From: Theionarchaea archaeon
GTDB lineage: Archaea; Methanobacteriota_B; Thermococci; Methanofastidiosales; SZ-28-30
Assembly (NCBI GenBank): GCA_018992685.1
Contig: JACVGT010000007.1
Location: 32,001-96,000, forward strand
DNA: 64,000 nucleotides
Direction of reading: 5' to 3'
Shown: positions 47,803-57,508 of the stretch, piece by piece
Layout of the letters: every line of letters starts with the position of its first letter
Numbering within the stretch: position 1 is the first letter of the stretch
The notes under the pieces: generated by a model
Seen by the model: only the letters and a program-made list of their open reading frames with translations
What the model was told of the DNA's origin: nothing
The model's database searches: none
Program-made: the position numbers and the translations under genes

Positions 47803-49323
47803 CTATAGTCTTCGCTTTGCTTTGTACGCAAACTGTCTCTCGTACAGTTCCCTGACCTTGTCTATTGAATCGGCATCTCCTGCTGATTTATCGTCTCTGA
47901 TGTTCGTAATGCGAGCAAATCGCAGTGCGTACCCTGATGGATAGGTAGGGCTTTTCTGGATTTCATTGAAAACGACTTCAACTACTACTTTGGGTCTGAC
48001 ATAGACAGTATACGTATTCTCTGACACCTTCAAAGCCAGCAGAGCTACTGTGATGTCCTGAAACTGTGAATCTGTCAGTCCTTTGAACGTTTTACCAATG
48101 ACAGCTCCCTCCCTCGTAGCCAGGTGATAATTACTCAACCATCCTTTTCGTCGGCCATGACCCCATTCTGCAGCCTTAATTATCAGGTCCAGCGTTTCTG
48201 TGGGCTTGATCTTGAGCCAGCTCTTGTCCCTCTTTCCCGGCACGTATGTGCTGGTCACCTGTTTGGCCATCAATCCTTCATGGCCCGCCCTCAGCGCCTG
48301 GGATAAGAATTCGTCAGCTTCTTTTGTGCTCCCGGTGATCAGCCGCTGAACCAGAAAAGGACCAGCTATCTCAGATAGCAGCGCTGTCCTCTCCAGGTAG
48401 GTCTTGTCAAGGAGAGTTTTCCCCTCAAGATAGAGGAGATCAAAAATATACAACCGCAGCGGTATCTCCTCTGTTGAAGTCCCAACATCATGGATTCTTC
48501 TGAACCGTCTCAGCACCTCCTGGAAAGGGAGAGGTTTTCCCTTTCTTTCTGCCACCACCTCACCTTCCGTAACGCTTTCTGGAAAATCTCCAACTAGTGT
48601 GACAATATCTGGTAAAGACTCTGTGACATCAGTGAGACGTCTGGAAAAGATTCTCACCTGTTGTGCATTCTTGTGAATCTGGATTCTTGCCCCGTCCAGT
48701 TTGTATTCCAGGGCCATTTTCTGTTTGATATTCTGTATGTCGCCCATCTGAGCAAGCATAGGCTTTATAGGGCTGAATAGCGTTATCTGTGTAGGAAGAT
48801 CCTTATGAGTTAGAGCGCGCAAAGCAGTCTCTCCAAGATCGCCCAGGAGGGCATGGGAACGTTTTACCGTTTCTGAAGAGAGTCCCGCAGCCTCCGCTAT
48901 GGCTTCCAAGACAATCCCCTCACTGGCTCCAATTCGCATCTCTCCAAAAAAATTCTTCAAAATGTAGGTTCTTTCCCGGTCTGAGGCTTGGCCCAGTAGG
49001 CTGGAGATAATCCTTTCTTTCTTTTTCCTCTGGGATGTCTTTGCAATCTCCTGGAAGCAGGTGTACACATCCGCGATGGAGAGAGCTTTCTGGAACAGAG
49101 GCCGCTGCTGCGACTTCAGTGCATTCTGGACGGTCCTCCAACTGACATCTAATGTCGTGCTGGAGGACTCTGGGAATACCTGACCAGTGATCAACAGGAC
49201 GGAAAAAGCTATCTCATCAGGGGGGACACTCCGCAGAAATTCTGACAACACGTGGACTTTCTTGAGCTTCTTACGAGTGGAGCCCACCTGCTCGCAGACA
49301 CGAGCTAGTTCCGAGAATTGCAC
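47803..49323 (-). CDS. lig: ATP-dependent DNA ligase
   Basis: KPMLAQ, EYKLDGARIQIHK, EGLMAK, WLKIK, ALRFAR. Confidence 0.93.
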   Translation of the reverse strand: MQFSELARVCEQVGSTRKKLKKVHVLSEFLRSVPPDEIAFSVLLITGQVFPESSSTTLDVSWRTVQNALKSQQRPLFQKALSIADVYTCFQEIAKTSQRKKKERIISSLLGQASDRERTYILKNFFGEMRIGASEGIVLEAIAEAAGLSSETVKRSHALLGDLGETALRALTHKDLPTQITLFSPIKPMLAQMGDIQNIKQKMALEYKLDGARIQIHKNAQQVRIFSRRLTDVTESLPDIVTLVGDFPESVTEGEVVAERKGKPLPFQEVLRRFRRIHDVGTSTEEIPLRLYIFDLLYLEGKTLLDKTYLERTALLSEIAGPFLVQRLITGSTKEADEFLSQALRAGHEGLMAKQVTSTYVPGKRDKSWLKIKPTETLDLIIKAAEWGHGRRKGWLSNYHLATREGAVIGKTFKGLTDSQFQDITVALLALKVSENTYTVYVRPKVVVEVVFNEIQKSPTYPSGYALRFARITNIRDDKSAGDADSIDKVRELYERQFAYKAKRRL

Positions 49324-50327
49324 TACAGCCACCTCTCCAGTGAGTTGCTGTGGAACCCACGCAGCCGGGTGATCAGGGTATTGATGGTCTTTTCACTGAA
49401 CCTCCGTTGTCTCAGAAAGTCGAGAAGGTCGTCCTCCTGGAGAGGCGAATATGCCAGGGAATACGTAGCAGTGACATCTGGATTCAGAAATATCTGTCTG
49501 ATCTCATGTAAAGTCTGGGGAAGTTTCTCCTGCATCTCAGGGGGAAGGGCTTCCAGAGTGTCATACGTTCTCATGAGGTTCAAGGCAGTTTTGGGGCCAA
49601 TGCCTTTGATACCTGGAGTAAAATCATTCCCCATAAGAATTGACATATCCACCAATTGTTCTCGCGTAATGTTCAAATGATCTAGGAAATCTTTTAGAGT
49701 GATAATCTCCGGCTTGTACCTTCTGGAAAGCCCTTTTGAGGGAAGATACTCCTTTCCCTGGACAGTGACGTAACGAACCTGTCTCTTTGCGCCAAATAAT
49801 AGTGTGTCATAGTCCCTGCTTGCTGCACCGAAAATGTCTCTTGTCATAAATGCTGCCTGGGCCTCTGCCTCTGAGGGAGCCTGCACCCAGGGTATCCCCA
49901 TGTAGGTGAGCAGCCGCTGTGCATCTTCAATCATGTCCTTGGTGAGCCTTGAGGTCATGGTGGATTTTGAATAGGCTGTGGCATAGTCTTTTATTCTGAG
50001 TGCTTCTTTCCATTCTTCTTGTGCTCTTTCCTTGATTTCTTTCCTTTTTTGAAGTTCTCCTTTCTTGAGGGCGGGCGGCGTTCCATCGAAGACATACACC
50101 AGGTTGATGTGATAATCACAGAGAAGCCGTGTGGCTCTGAAGGCCAGCCCATGCAAGTGAGAAGTAATATTGCCCCGATCATCAGTCAGGGGCACGCCAC
50201 CACCTGTTCTGATAAGGGCGAGGAACTGGTATAACACGTTGTTGGCATCAAAAGCCAGCGTTTTTCCTGAGAGTTGCGCTAGATCTACCACTCTTTTCTT
50301 GATGATCGGGGTTAGGTTGACTCCCAT
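49323..50327 (-). CDS. fen: Flap endonuclease 1
   Basis: MGV, LYQFL, ITSHL, VFDG, EAEAQAA, DYDTLLFG, GIGPKTA, C-terminal PIP-like SLERWL. Confidence 0.94.
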   Translation of the reverse strand: MGVNLTPIIKKRVVDLAQLSGKTLAFDANNVLYQFLALIRTGGGVPLTDDRGNITSHLHGLAFRATRLLCDYHINLVYVFDGTPPALKKGELQKRKEIKERAQEEWKEALRIKDYATAYSKSTMTSRLTKDMIEDAQRLLTYMGIPWVQAPSEAEAQAAFMTRDIFGAASRDYDTLLFGAKRQVRYVTVQGKEYLPSKGLSRRYKPEIITLKDFLDHLNITREQLVDMSILMGNDFTPGIKGIGPKTALNLMRTYDTLEALPPEMQEKLPQTLHEIRQIFLNPDVTATYSLAYSPLQEDDLLDFLRQRRFSEKTINTLITRLRGFHSNSLERWL

Positions 50328-50407
50328 GGTACCCACAGGGAAAGTGTGTATATAGGGATTTCCACTCGTAGGTTATTCAGGTGCCAGAATTCCCTCGGGT
50401 AGTGAAA

Positions 50408-51484
50408 TCACGTTACCAGCTCTTCTACAATCATGGTGAGGACCTCAGACAGTTTCTCCCCTACACCCTGTAGCACTCTCAAATCCTCGATTTCACGAAT
50501 GTCTTCATCCAAGTCGTCAAGGAGCCAGGCCACCTTTCTGTACGGCCAGGCTCTCTTTGGAGATTCCAGCTCGATGCGATATGCTGTATCAAATAGTCTT
50601 TCTGCCACCCTTTGATTGAAATTGAGACAGTAGCGAGGGATGCGATCTTTCAATTCATATGCCTCTATCATGTTGATTGCTCTTCGTGAAATGTCTGCAA
50701 AATACTCCAGAATGTTGGAGTCATAGAGAGTCTCGTAATCAGAGACAAGCTCTGGAAACGTGGCTCTCAAGAGCTTGAAATATCGTACTCTCACATTGTC
50801 ATCCAGAGTCAATCCACCCACCAGCACAAAGGTGGCCCCATGTTCTTTTGCTGCTCTGATTACATCTTCCATCAGATCTGGTGAATCGGTAATATAGGGG
50901 AGAACTGGCATGAGATTCACCCCGGTGAGAATGCCCGCCTCTGAGATCTCTTTCATTGCCTTCAATCGCCGTTCTGGAGAAGGGGCTCCTGGTTCAAAGA
51001 GACCAGACAGCTCCTCATCAACAGTGGAAAAACTGAATGAAACGCAGGCCCATGTCCTCTCGTTGATCTCCTGCAGAACATCAATGTCTTTCACCACCAA
51101 GTCAGATTTTTCTATAATATGCACGGGAAACTCAGAGTCTCTTATGACCTCCAGCATTTTTCTGGAGATGCAGAATTTCCTTTCAGCAGGCTGATAATCT
51201 CCCGTGGCAATTACCCCTTTTTTTGCCTTCTTAAGCTCTTTTTCAAGTAATTGAGCAGCATTACGTTTGACTTTTATGATTCTCGAAAAATCATCTGGTG
51301 TATCTGTATGCAGGTATTTATCCTGCCTTGCATAACAGTATTCGCAGGCATGCTGGCATCCTACGTACGGATGGGCGGAATACTTGTTCCAGAACCAGGA
51401 ATCTGCATGCTTATATGTATTGAGGATTCTTTTTGTATCGTACAGGACGTACGGAGATCCCCCATTCAGCGTGGTCTGTTTCAT
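50408..51484 (-). CDS. SplB/Rv2578c-like radical SAM DNA-repair protein with C-terminal HhH domain
   Basis: PYVGCQHACEYCYA, DYQPAE, FEPGAPSP..RL; C-terminal LQGVGEKL HhH. Confidence 0.82.
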   Translation of the reverse strand: MKQTTLNGGSPYVLYDTKRILNTYKHADSWFWNKYSAHPYVGCQHACEYCYARQDKYLHTDTPDDFSRIIKVKRNAAQLLEKELKKAKKGVIATGDYQPAERKFCISRKMLEVIRDSEFPVHIIEKSDLVVKDIDVLQEINERTWACVSFSFSTVDEELSGLFEPGAPSPERRLKAMKEISEAGILTGVNLMPVLPYITDSPDLMEDVIRAAKEHGATFVLVGGLTLDDNVRVRYFKLLRATFPELVSDYETLYDSNILEYFADISRRAINMIEAYELKDRIPRYCLNFNQRVAERLFDTAYRIELESPKRAWPYRKVAWLLDDLDEDIREIEDLRVLQGVGEKLSEVLTMIVEELVT

Positions 51485-52026
51485 CTCCCCAGAGCGGCCA
51501 GAACATCTTCTGCAGCCTTGAACCCCACTTCCAGTGCTTTCTTGTTGAGATCAATGGTCCTGGGTGGAACACTGTCAAAAACTGCTTTCTGCATGGCTTC
51601 CACTGAAACAACACCTGTGAGTCTGGTCAGGCTTCCCAGCATAATGATATTCGCCACAATCTTTCTTCCCAGATCTTCAGCCAGAGCGGTGAACTCAATC
51701 CGTATGGGATCGAACTCGCCTGTGTCAATGACCAGGGAAGGGTCCACTATGATGGTGGCATCTTTTTTCAGATCATCAGTGTACTTGTCAAAAGCGGGCT
51801 GACTCATGGCCACCAGAATGTCTGCCTCCATGACACCTGGAAAGGCAATAGGTTCATCTGAGATTATCACTTCTGATCTGGACGCACCGCCTCGCGCTTC
51901 GGGACCGTAGGACTGGGTTTGCACTGAGTAGTAATCAGAGTACACAGAAGCAGCCTTTCCTAGGATCATGCCAGCAAGCACGATACCCTGACCACCGAAT
52001 CCACACACACGAATTTCTTTCCTCAT
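51481..52026 (-). CDS. 2-oxoacid:ferredoxin oxidoreductase gamma subunit
   Basis: GFGGQG, SYGPEARGGAS, NIIMLG. Confidence 0.92.
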   Translation of the reverse strand: MRKEIRVCGFGGQGIVLAGMILGKAASVYSDYYSVQTQSYGPEARGGASRSEVIISDEPIAFPGVMEADILVAMSQPAFDKYTDDLKKDATIIVDPSLVIDTGEFDPIRIEFTALAEDLGRKIVANIIMLGSLTRLTGVVSVEAMQKAVFDSVPPRTIDLNKKALEVGFKAAEDVLAALGR

Positions 52027-52868
52027 GATTTCATCCTCTCCACCAGTAACTTCCATTCATCCATGAATTCTGGTTTTTCGATGTCCACAAACTCTCCAAT
52101 CGTGATCTTCTTCCGGGCTTTGTCTTTTTCTTCTTCCGTCCCGTACTTCATAATTCTATCATATTCCTCAACCAGAATTACATTCTCCTTGTACCAATTC
52201 CACATGGACTCAATATCCCGCAGCTTGTTATACCGTCCATAGGCTGTAGGGCAGGGGGATAATATCTCAATAAAGGAAAATCCTTTTCTCTTCAAACCTT
52301 TCTCAATGGACTTTATGGGTCTATATGGGTGTGTGACAGACCACCTGGCAACGTAAGGCGCTCCTGCTGCCACTGCCAGAAGAGACATGTCAAAAGGATG
52401 CTCCACATTCCCGTACGGGGTGGTGGTTGTGTTGGCAAACCGGGGTGTGGTGGGAGCCACCTGACCTCCCGTCATCCCGTAGGTGAAGTTGTTGACAGCA
52501 ATTACAGTGACGTCTATATTCCGTCTGATTGCATGAATGAAATGATTTCCTCCAATTCCCACACAGTCTCCATCCCCTGTGAATACTACAATATTCAGAT
52601 CGGGCTCAGCCGCGTGGACACCCGTGGCGAATGCCAGAGCTCTCCCGTGGGTAGTGTGCAGCCCATCAGCTCTCACATATCCGGGCAACCGTGAAGAGCA
52701 GCCAATGCCGCTGACAAAGATGGTTTCTGTAATGTCCAACCCCACATTGTCAATAGCCTGTATGGTGTAGTGGAGGACGTTCCCGATCCCACATCCTGTA
52801 CAGAATATGGTGGGAAACATGGCTTCTCTGAGATACTTCTCTCTGAGCTCAAGTGTGTTGGTTAACAT
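52023..52868 (-). CDS. 2-oxoacid:ferredoxin oxidoreductase beta subunit (TPP-binding)
   Basis: CTGCG, SGIGCS, HGRA, GDGD...NN, YGMTGGQ, SPCP. Confidence 0.93.
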   Translation of the reverse strand: MLTNTLELREKYLREAMFPTIFCTGCGIGNVLHYTIQAIDNVGLDITETIFVSGIGCSSRLPGYVRADGLHTTHGRALAFATGVHAAEPDLNIVVFTGDGDCVGIGGNHFIHAIRRNIDVTVIAVNNFTYGMTGGQVAPTTPRFANTTTTPYGNVEHPFDMSLLAVAAGAPYVARWSVTHPYRPIKSIEKGLKRKGFSFIEILSPCPTAYGRYNKLRDIESMWNWYKENVILVEEYDRIMKYGTEEEKDKARKKITIGEFVDIEKPEFMDEWKLLVERMKS

Positions 52869-53003
52869 ACGGAGGGAGTTTCTTCTCATTGATTTATAAA
52901 GGTTTTGCCTGGCAGTTGAAGAATCCTGTAATCCTGAAGTTCAAAAATGAAGAAAAGGATAACAAACAGAGGTCCTGATGAAAGATTCTTGAGTGTGGAC
53001 AGG

Positions 53004-53438
53004 TCATAGCCGCAACTGACGGGCTCTTCGGGGACTGTCCAGATATGCTTTGGAAGCTTCAAGCACATCCCTGGTATTCGAAAAGGTTATTTGATCTCTT
53101 GCCTTCTCATATGGAAGCCAGGCATATCCAATATGTTCCGAGCTGATGGTGACATCCTTTGTCTTGGATTTGGCCAAAAAATAGGTGACAGTCTTGTACA
53201 CTGTTTTTCCATCTTTCCTATAGAAGTAGTCGATCTCCTTTTCGAAGTCTGTGAACTCAACACTTCTCAGTCCAGTCTCTTCCTCTATTTCTCTGGCTGC
53301 TGTTTTCAGCCTGGTCTCTCTCTTTTCCCTATTCCCCTTGGGGAATCCCCAGTGTCCAGACTCGTAGTGAAGGAGTAAGAACTCACTGTCGTGATAAATA
53401 ACAGCTCCACATGATTCTTCCTTCATGATATACCTCAT
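53004..53438 (-). CDS. NUDIX hydrolase (Ap4A hydrolase-like)
   Basis: SCGAV, HWGFPKG...AAREIEEETGL Nudix box. Confidence 0.9.
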   Translation of the reverse strand: MRYIMKEESCGAVIYHDSEFLLLHYESGHWGFPKGNREKRETRLKTAAREIEEETGLRSVEFTDFEKEIDYFYRKDGKTVYKTVTYFLAKSKTKDVTISSEHIGYAWLPYEKARDQITFSNTRDVLEASKAYLDSPRRARQLRL

Positions 53439-53516
53439 TTTCCCTAGGTTTCCCAGATGACATGAGTTCCATCACAGTCAAAAATCAAAAAAAGGAAAGA
53501 GAGATTACTGAGGGTT

Positions 53517-55178
53517 TCATTTCTGTTTTTTCAGTTCCTCTTCCACCAGTGTTCTCCTGAGAACCTTGCCCACGATTGTCTTGGGTAGAGCAGTACGGAA
53601 TTCTACCTTCTTGGGGATTTTGTACTTAGCAAGGTTTTCTTTGCAGAATTGGATAATCTCTTCTTCTGTAGCTGTTTCTCCTTCTTTTAACACAACGTAG
53701 GCTTTGACTGTCTCCCCACGGTACTCATCTGGAATACCAGCGACCGCAGCCTCTTTGATCTTGGGATATTCAAACAGCACTTCTTCAATATCTCTGGGAT
53801 AGATGTTAAACCCTGACGCAATGATCATGTCCTTCTTCCGATCGACAATGTAGAAGTATCCATCTTCATCTACTTTTGAAATGTCACCAGTATATAACCA
53901 CCCGTCTCTCAAGGTTTGGGCAGTTTCGTCTGGCATGTTCCAGTACCCTTTCATCACTTGGGGCCCCTTTATACACAATTCTCCGATCTCATTTATTCCC
54001 AGTATCTTGTCTCCTTTTTCGACATCCACGATCTTGCAGTCCGTGTCGGGGAAGGGTATTCCAATGCTGCCTTCCTTCACCAGCCCTTCCAGGGGGTTGG
54101 AGTGGGTGACTGGTGAGGATTCAGTCAGTCCGTATCCTTCTCTGAGCTTTCCTCCTGTTAACCGTTCGAACATCTGCAGGACTTCCAATGGGAGAGGTGC
54201 TGCCCCACTGATACAGTATTTTATTGAGGATAGGTCGTATTTCGAGACATCAGGGTCATTGTTGATGGCGATGTACATGGTGGGAACTCCGGGGAACAGA
54301 GTGGGTTTTTGCTTTTGAATCAGGGAAAGAACTTCTCTTGTTTCCCAGCGGGGCACTAAGATCATGCTGGATGCGATGTAGATGGGGAAGTTCATAGACA
54401 CTGTCATGCCAAAGGAATGGAAGAATGGAAGAACTGCCAGTAACCGTTCTTTTCCCACTTCGACTTCAGGGAACCAGTTCTTGCATTGGATTGCGTTGGC
54501 CACCAGGTTCTTGTGGGTGAGCATGACCCCTTTGGACACACCGGTAGTACCCCCCGTGTACTGAAGAAGAGCAACTTCATCAGATTTCACGGTGACTGAG
54601 GGAGGTGTATCTCCTTTTTTCATGACATCCTGGAATGGGATGGCGTCAGGCGCAACGTTGGCAATGTCTTTTCTCTTGGCAAGGGGATACAGAAGGCTCA
54701 AAGGGAAAGGGAGGTACTCTTTCAAACTGGATACGATGACCCTTTTGAGGCCTGTTTTATTTTGAATGTTTCTTGTCTTTGGGTACAGCATCTCAAGATC
54801 CAGGGTTATCATGGTCTCAGCACCTGAATCATCCACCTGGTACTTGATCTCGCGCTCAACGTAGAGGGGATTGTTCTGGACAACGACTGCCCCTATTCTC
54901 AAAGCGGCATACAAGGCGATCACGGATTGGGGACAGTTTGGGAAGAACAGAGCCACTCTATCTCCCTTCTTAATTCCCAATTTGGACAGACCACAGGCAA
55001 ATTTGTTGACCTGATCAGCAAGTTCTCGGTAGGTCAGTTTTCCTCCCATGAAGACTGTAGCCACGGTATCTGGGAAGTTCTTTGCAGAATCTTCCAGAAA
55101 TCTGTACAAGGGGATGTCAGGGTAGTCGATAGTCTGGGGTACCTTTTTGGGATAGTGCTTCAGCCATATTTTTTCCAT
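53517..55178 (-). CDS. Long-chain fatty acid-CoA ligase
   Basis: YTGGTTGVSKG, GYGLTE, TGD, DRKKD, GKVLRR. Confidence 0.93.
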   Translation of the reverse strand: MEKIWLKHYPKKVPQTIDYPDIPLYRFLEDSAKNFPDTVATVFMGGKLTYRELADQVNKFACGLSKLGIKKGDRVALFFPNCPQSVIALYAALRIGAVVVQNNPLYVEREIKYQVDDSGAETMITLDLEMLYPKTRNIQNKTGLKRVIVSSLKEYLPFPLSLLYPLAKRKDIANVAPDAIPFQDVMKKGDTPPSVTVKSDEVALLQYTGGTTGVSKGVMLTHKNLVANAIQCKNWFPEVEVGKERLLAVLPFFHSFGMTVSMNFPIYIASSMILVPRWETREVLSLIQKQKPTLFPGVPTMYIAINNDPDVSKYDLSSIKYCISGAAPLPLEVLQMFERLTGGKLREGYGLTESSPVTHSNPLEGLVKEGSIGIPFPDTDCKIVDVEKGDKILGINEIGELCIKGPQVMKGYWNMPDETAQTLRDGWLYTGDISKVDEDGYFYIVDRKKDMIIASGFNIYPRDIEEVLFEYPKIKEAAVAGIPDEYRGETVKAYVVLKEGETATEEEIIQFCKENLAKYKIPKKVEFRTALPKTIVGKVLRRTLVEEELKKQK

Positions 55179-55383
55179 AAATGTTCCTCCTGTTAGAAGA
55201 AAAGGTATCTTTTCAATTATTTAAGGTTTGCTATTGTAGCAGTTAGGTTTGCACATGTTGCAGGAGGGTGGAAGTTATCATTACTAAGGATAACCCTCAG
55301 AAGCTCAGATTTTGAAATGAGTGGTCCCGACGCTGCACGATTCAGTAATCCTCCTGTCCCCCGAAAAAGATTTGCATTTTCTG

Positions 55384-55899
55384 CTATTGACTGCATCCCA
55401 GGAAATGGGTCTCACTGCGTAGACAGAAGGATCTTCCGTCCACAGCTCTGGACACAGCAAGAATCCCGTTCAGATGATCATATTCATGCTGAATCAACTC
55501 TGACATATCCCCACAGTATTTCACCTTCTGTTCTTTCCACTTCAGATCGAAGAAGGTTACCCTACACTGACTGTACCTCTTGATCTTCACCAGGAGATCA
55601 GGGAAGCTCATGCAGTCATCCCATACCTCCATTACTCTTGTATCCTCAAATTCAAGTAGTGGATTGATGAGCACCACAGGTTCTCCTACATGCAAGTATA
55701 GTAGCCGCTTGTTCACTCCGATCTGAGGAGCAGCAATAGCCCTGCCCATTTTATGGGTTTTCCTGAAGTCCATGAGCGTATCATGAAGATCCCCGACAAG
55801 AGATCTCACCATGTCAGTTTCCTCTTTTTCAACCCTTTCACAGACCTTGTACAGGGAAGGATTTCCTAACAACAATATCTCTCTTACAGCCATGGTCAT
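55384..55899 (-). CDS. def: Peptide deformylase family protein (atypical motifs)
   Basis: GRAIAAPQIG, DDCMSFP, QHEYDHLNGIL. Confidence 0.85.
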   Translation of the reverse strand: MTMAVREILLLGNPSLYKVCERVEKEETDMVRSLVGDLHDTLMDFRKTHKMGRAIAAPQIGVNKRLLYLHVGEPVVLINPLLEFEDTRVMEVWDDCMSFPDLLVKIKRYSQCRVTFFDLKWKEQKVKYCGDMSELIQHEYDHLNGILAVSRAVDGRSFCLRSETHFLGCSQ

Positions 55900-56128
55900 A
55901 CCTCACTTCACTTCTCCGCCGGGATGACTTAAAAGGTTCCTGGTTGTCATGGGCAATTCCATCTCCATCGTTGTATTTAAAAAGGCAAATTATAAGTTTA
56001 TTTTATTATAAATTTGTCAAGAGATTCTATTTTTGTCAAAAAGATCAAAAATTGACTATTTCAAAAAAAGGCTCAAATGAACAATTTAAAGAAAAATAAA
56101 AGCAAAAATGAGCATAGATAATCAGAAT

Positions 56129-56143
56129 AGAAAAGTTTATATA
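56129..56143 (+). promoter_or_regulatory. BRE/TATA promoter in an AT-rich intergenic region
   Basis: AGAAAAG-TTTATATA. Confidence 0.55.
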
Positions 56144-56271
56144 CTACCTATCACACAAATACATTTGAAGATTGGATTAAGAGCAATATGGAGATAGAAG
56201 GTCCAGTAAACTTTTATTCCAATCCACATTCATTAAACAAAGCCAAAAATAACCTTAAAGGAGGTAACAAA

Positions 56272-56322
56272 ATGGGAAAGTCAAAAGGAAAGAAGAAAGG
56301 CGAAGAAAAGAAGAAGAAGTAA
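56272..56322 (+). CDS. Putative 16-aa Lys-rich micropeptide MGKSKGKKKGEEKKKK
   Basis: AAAGGAGGT RBS just upstream, upstream TATA, downstream hairpin and T-tract. Confidence 0.5.
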   Translation: MGKSKGKKKGEEKKKK

Positions 56323-56328
56323 TACCAG

Positions 56329-56359
56329 TGCACTAGCGATTCCCGTCTAGTGTATTTTT
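56329..56359 (+). terminator. Hairpin and T-tract after the micro-ORF
   Basis: CACTAG...CTAGTG stem followed by TTTTT and a long T-rich tract. Confidence 0.5.
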
Positions 56360-56496
56360 GGCTTTCTGTATCACTTCTTATTTCTTGTTCACATTCTCGC
56401 ATTTATTTCTTCATTCTTTTCTATTTTTTTATTGATTTTTCTCACAAGTAAGGGACCGTTCTGTTCTTGACTTTTCCAGTCACATCGAGAAGGAAA

Positions 56497-57399
56497 TCAC
56501 TCACCTCTTTTCTCCAGAATTGTCAGGACGCTTGCCAGAAGTATGAGCACACCACCAGCAATGGTAAATTCGTTAATTGGTTCTCCCAAGATCAGATATC
56601 CATAAATCACACCCGAAATGGCCTCCATCATCATAATCACTCCGGCATGGACAATGGGAACATACTTAATAGACTTATAGAGGATACCCATACCAACAAC
56701 CATGGGAACAAGGGCGAATAACACCAGCAGTATTGCCGTTTCCAGTGAAACAAAGAAGGAAAACCCTGTAATCAACTGTGCACTTGTAATCATCCTTGAA
56801 AGTAGTCCAAACCCTACCGTAAAGATAGATCTGAATGTATAAAACCAGAACATGCTCACCAGAAAATGTCTCGATTTCAAAGAGAGTGATTTGATCATGA
56901 TGAATTCCACAGAGAGCAGTACTCCTGCAGCGAGAGCAATGCCCCCTCCTGCAACGTTGAAGCGAGAGATGCTCCACACTTCACTGATGAGAAAAATGCC
57001 AAAGAACGCTGTGGCCACCGCTGTCCTCCTCGCCCAGGTCAGCTGTTCCTTGAAGAGTATTTTCCCCAGAAGTGCAGTCCATGCAGGCTGTGTATACAGA
57101 AATAAGACCACCACAGCAACAGGAGTCCCCAGGGCCACAGCCGAGTTTTCGAAAAATCCAACAGCTGCCATGATCATCCCCAAAACCACATAATAAGGAA
57201 ATTCTTTTCTTGGAATTGAGAAATCGATTTTCTTGATACAGAAAACAACCAGAATAACCAGGAGTGCAAGAAACGTCCGGGAAAAGGATTGCTGGAATGA
57301 GGAAATTCCGTTGTCTCTCAACACAGCAGAAAAGGTGGATATAGTGCCTAAGAGGCATCCTGCTATAGCCAGGCTGATGCTGTGCTTGACATGTGACAT
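56497..57399 (-). CDS. EamA/DMT family transporter
   Basis: About 10 TM helices, two EamA repeats, LFKEQL, LGEP. Confidence 0.88.
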   Translation of the reverse strand: MSHVKHSISLAIAGCLLGTISTFSAVLRDNGISSFQQSFSRTFLALLVILVVFCIKKIDFSIPRKEFPYYVVLGMIMAAVGFFENSAVALGTPVAVVVLFLYTQPAWTALLGKILFKEQLTWARRTAVATAFFGIFLISEVWSISRFNVAGGGIALAAGVLLSVEFIMIKSLSLKSRHFLVSMFWFYTFRSIFTVGFGLLSRMITSAQLITGFSFFVSLETAILLVLFALVPMVVGMGILYKSIKYVPIVHAGVIMMMEAISGVIYGYLILGEPINEFTIAGGVLILLASVLTILEKRGE

Positions 57400-57508
57400 A
57401 CACTCACTTTGGCATCCCTAATAAAAGGATTGGTAATCCCAATTCTATCATTTTATAACCCATCCTTCACAGGAAAAGTCTTATAAAGGCTAGATGAAAC
57501 CGTAGCAG

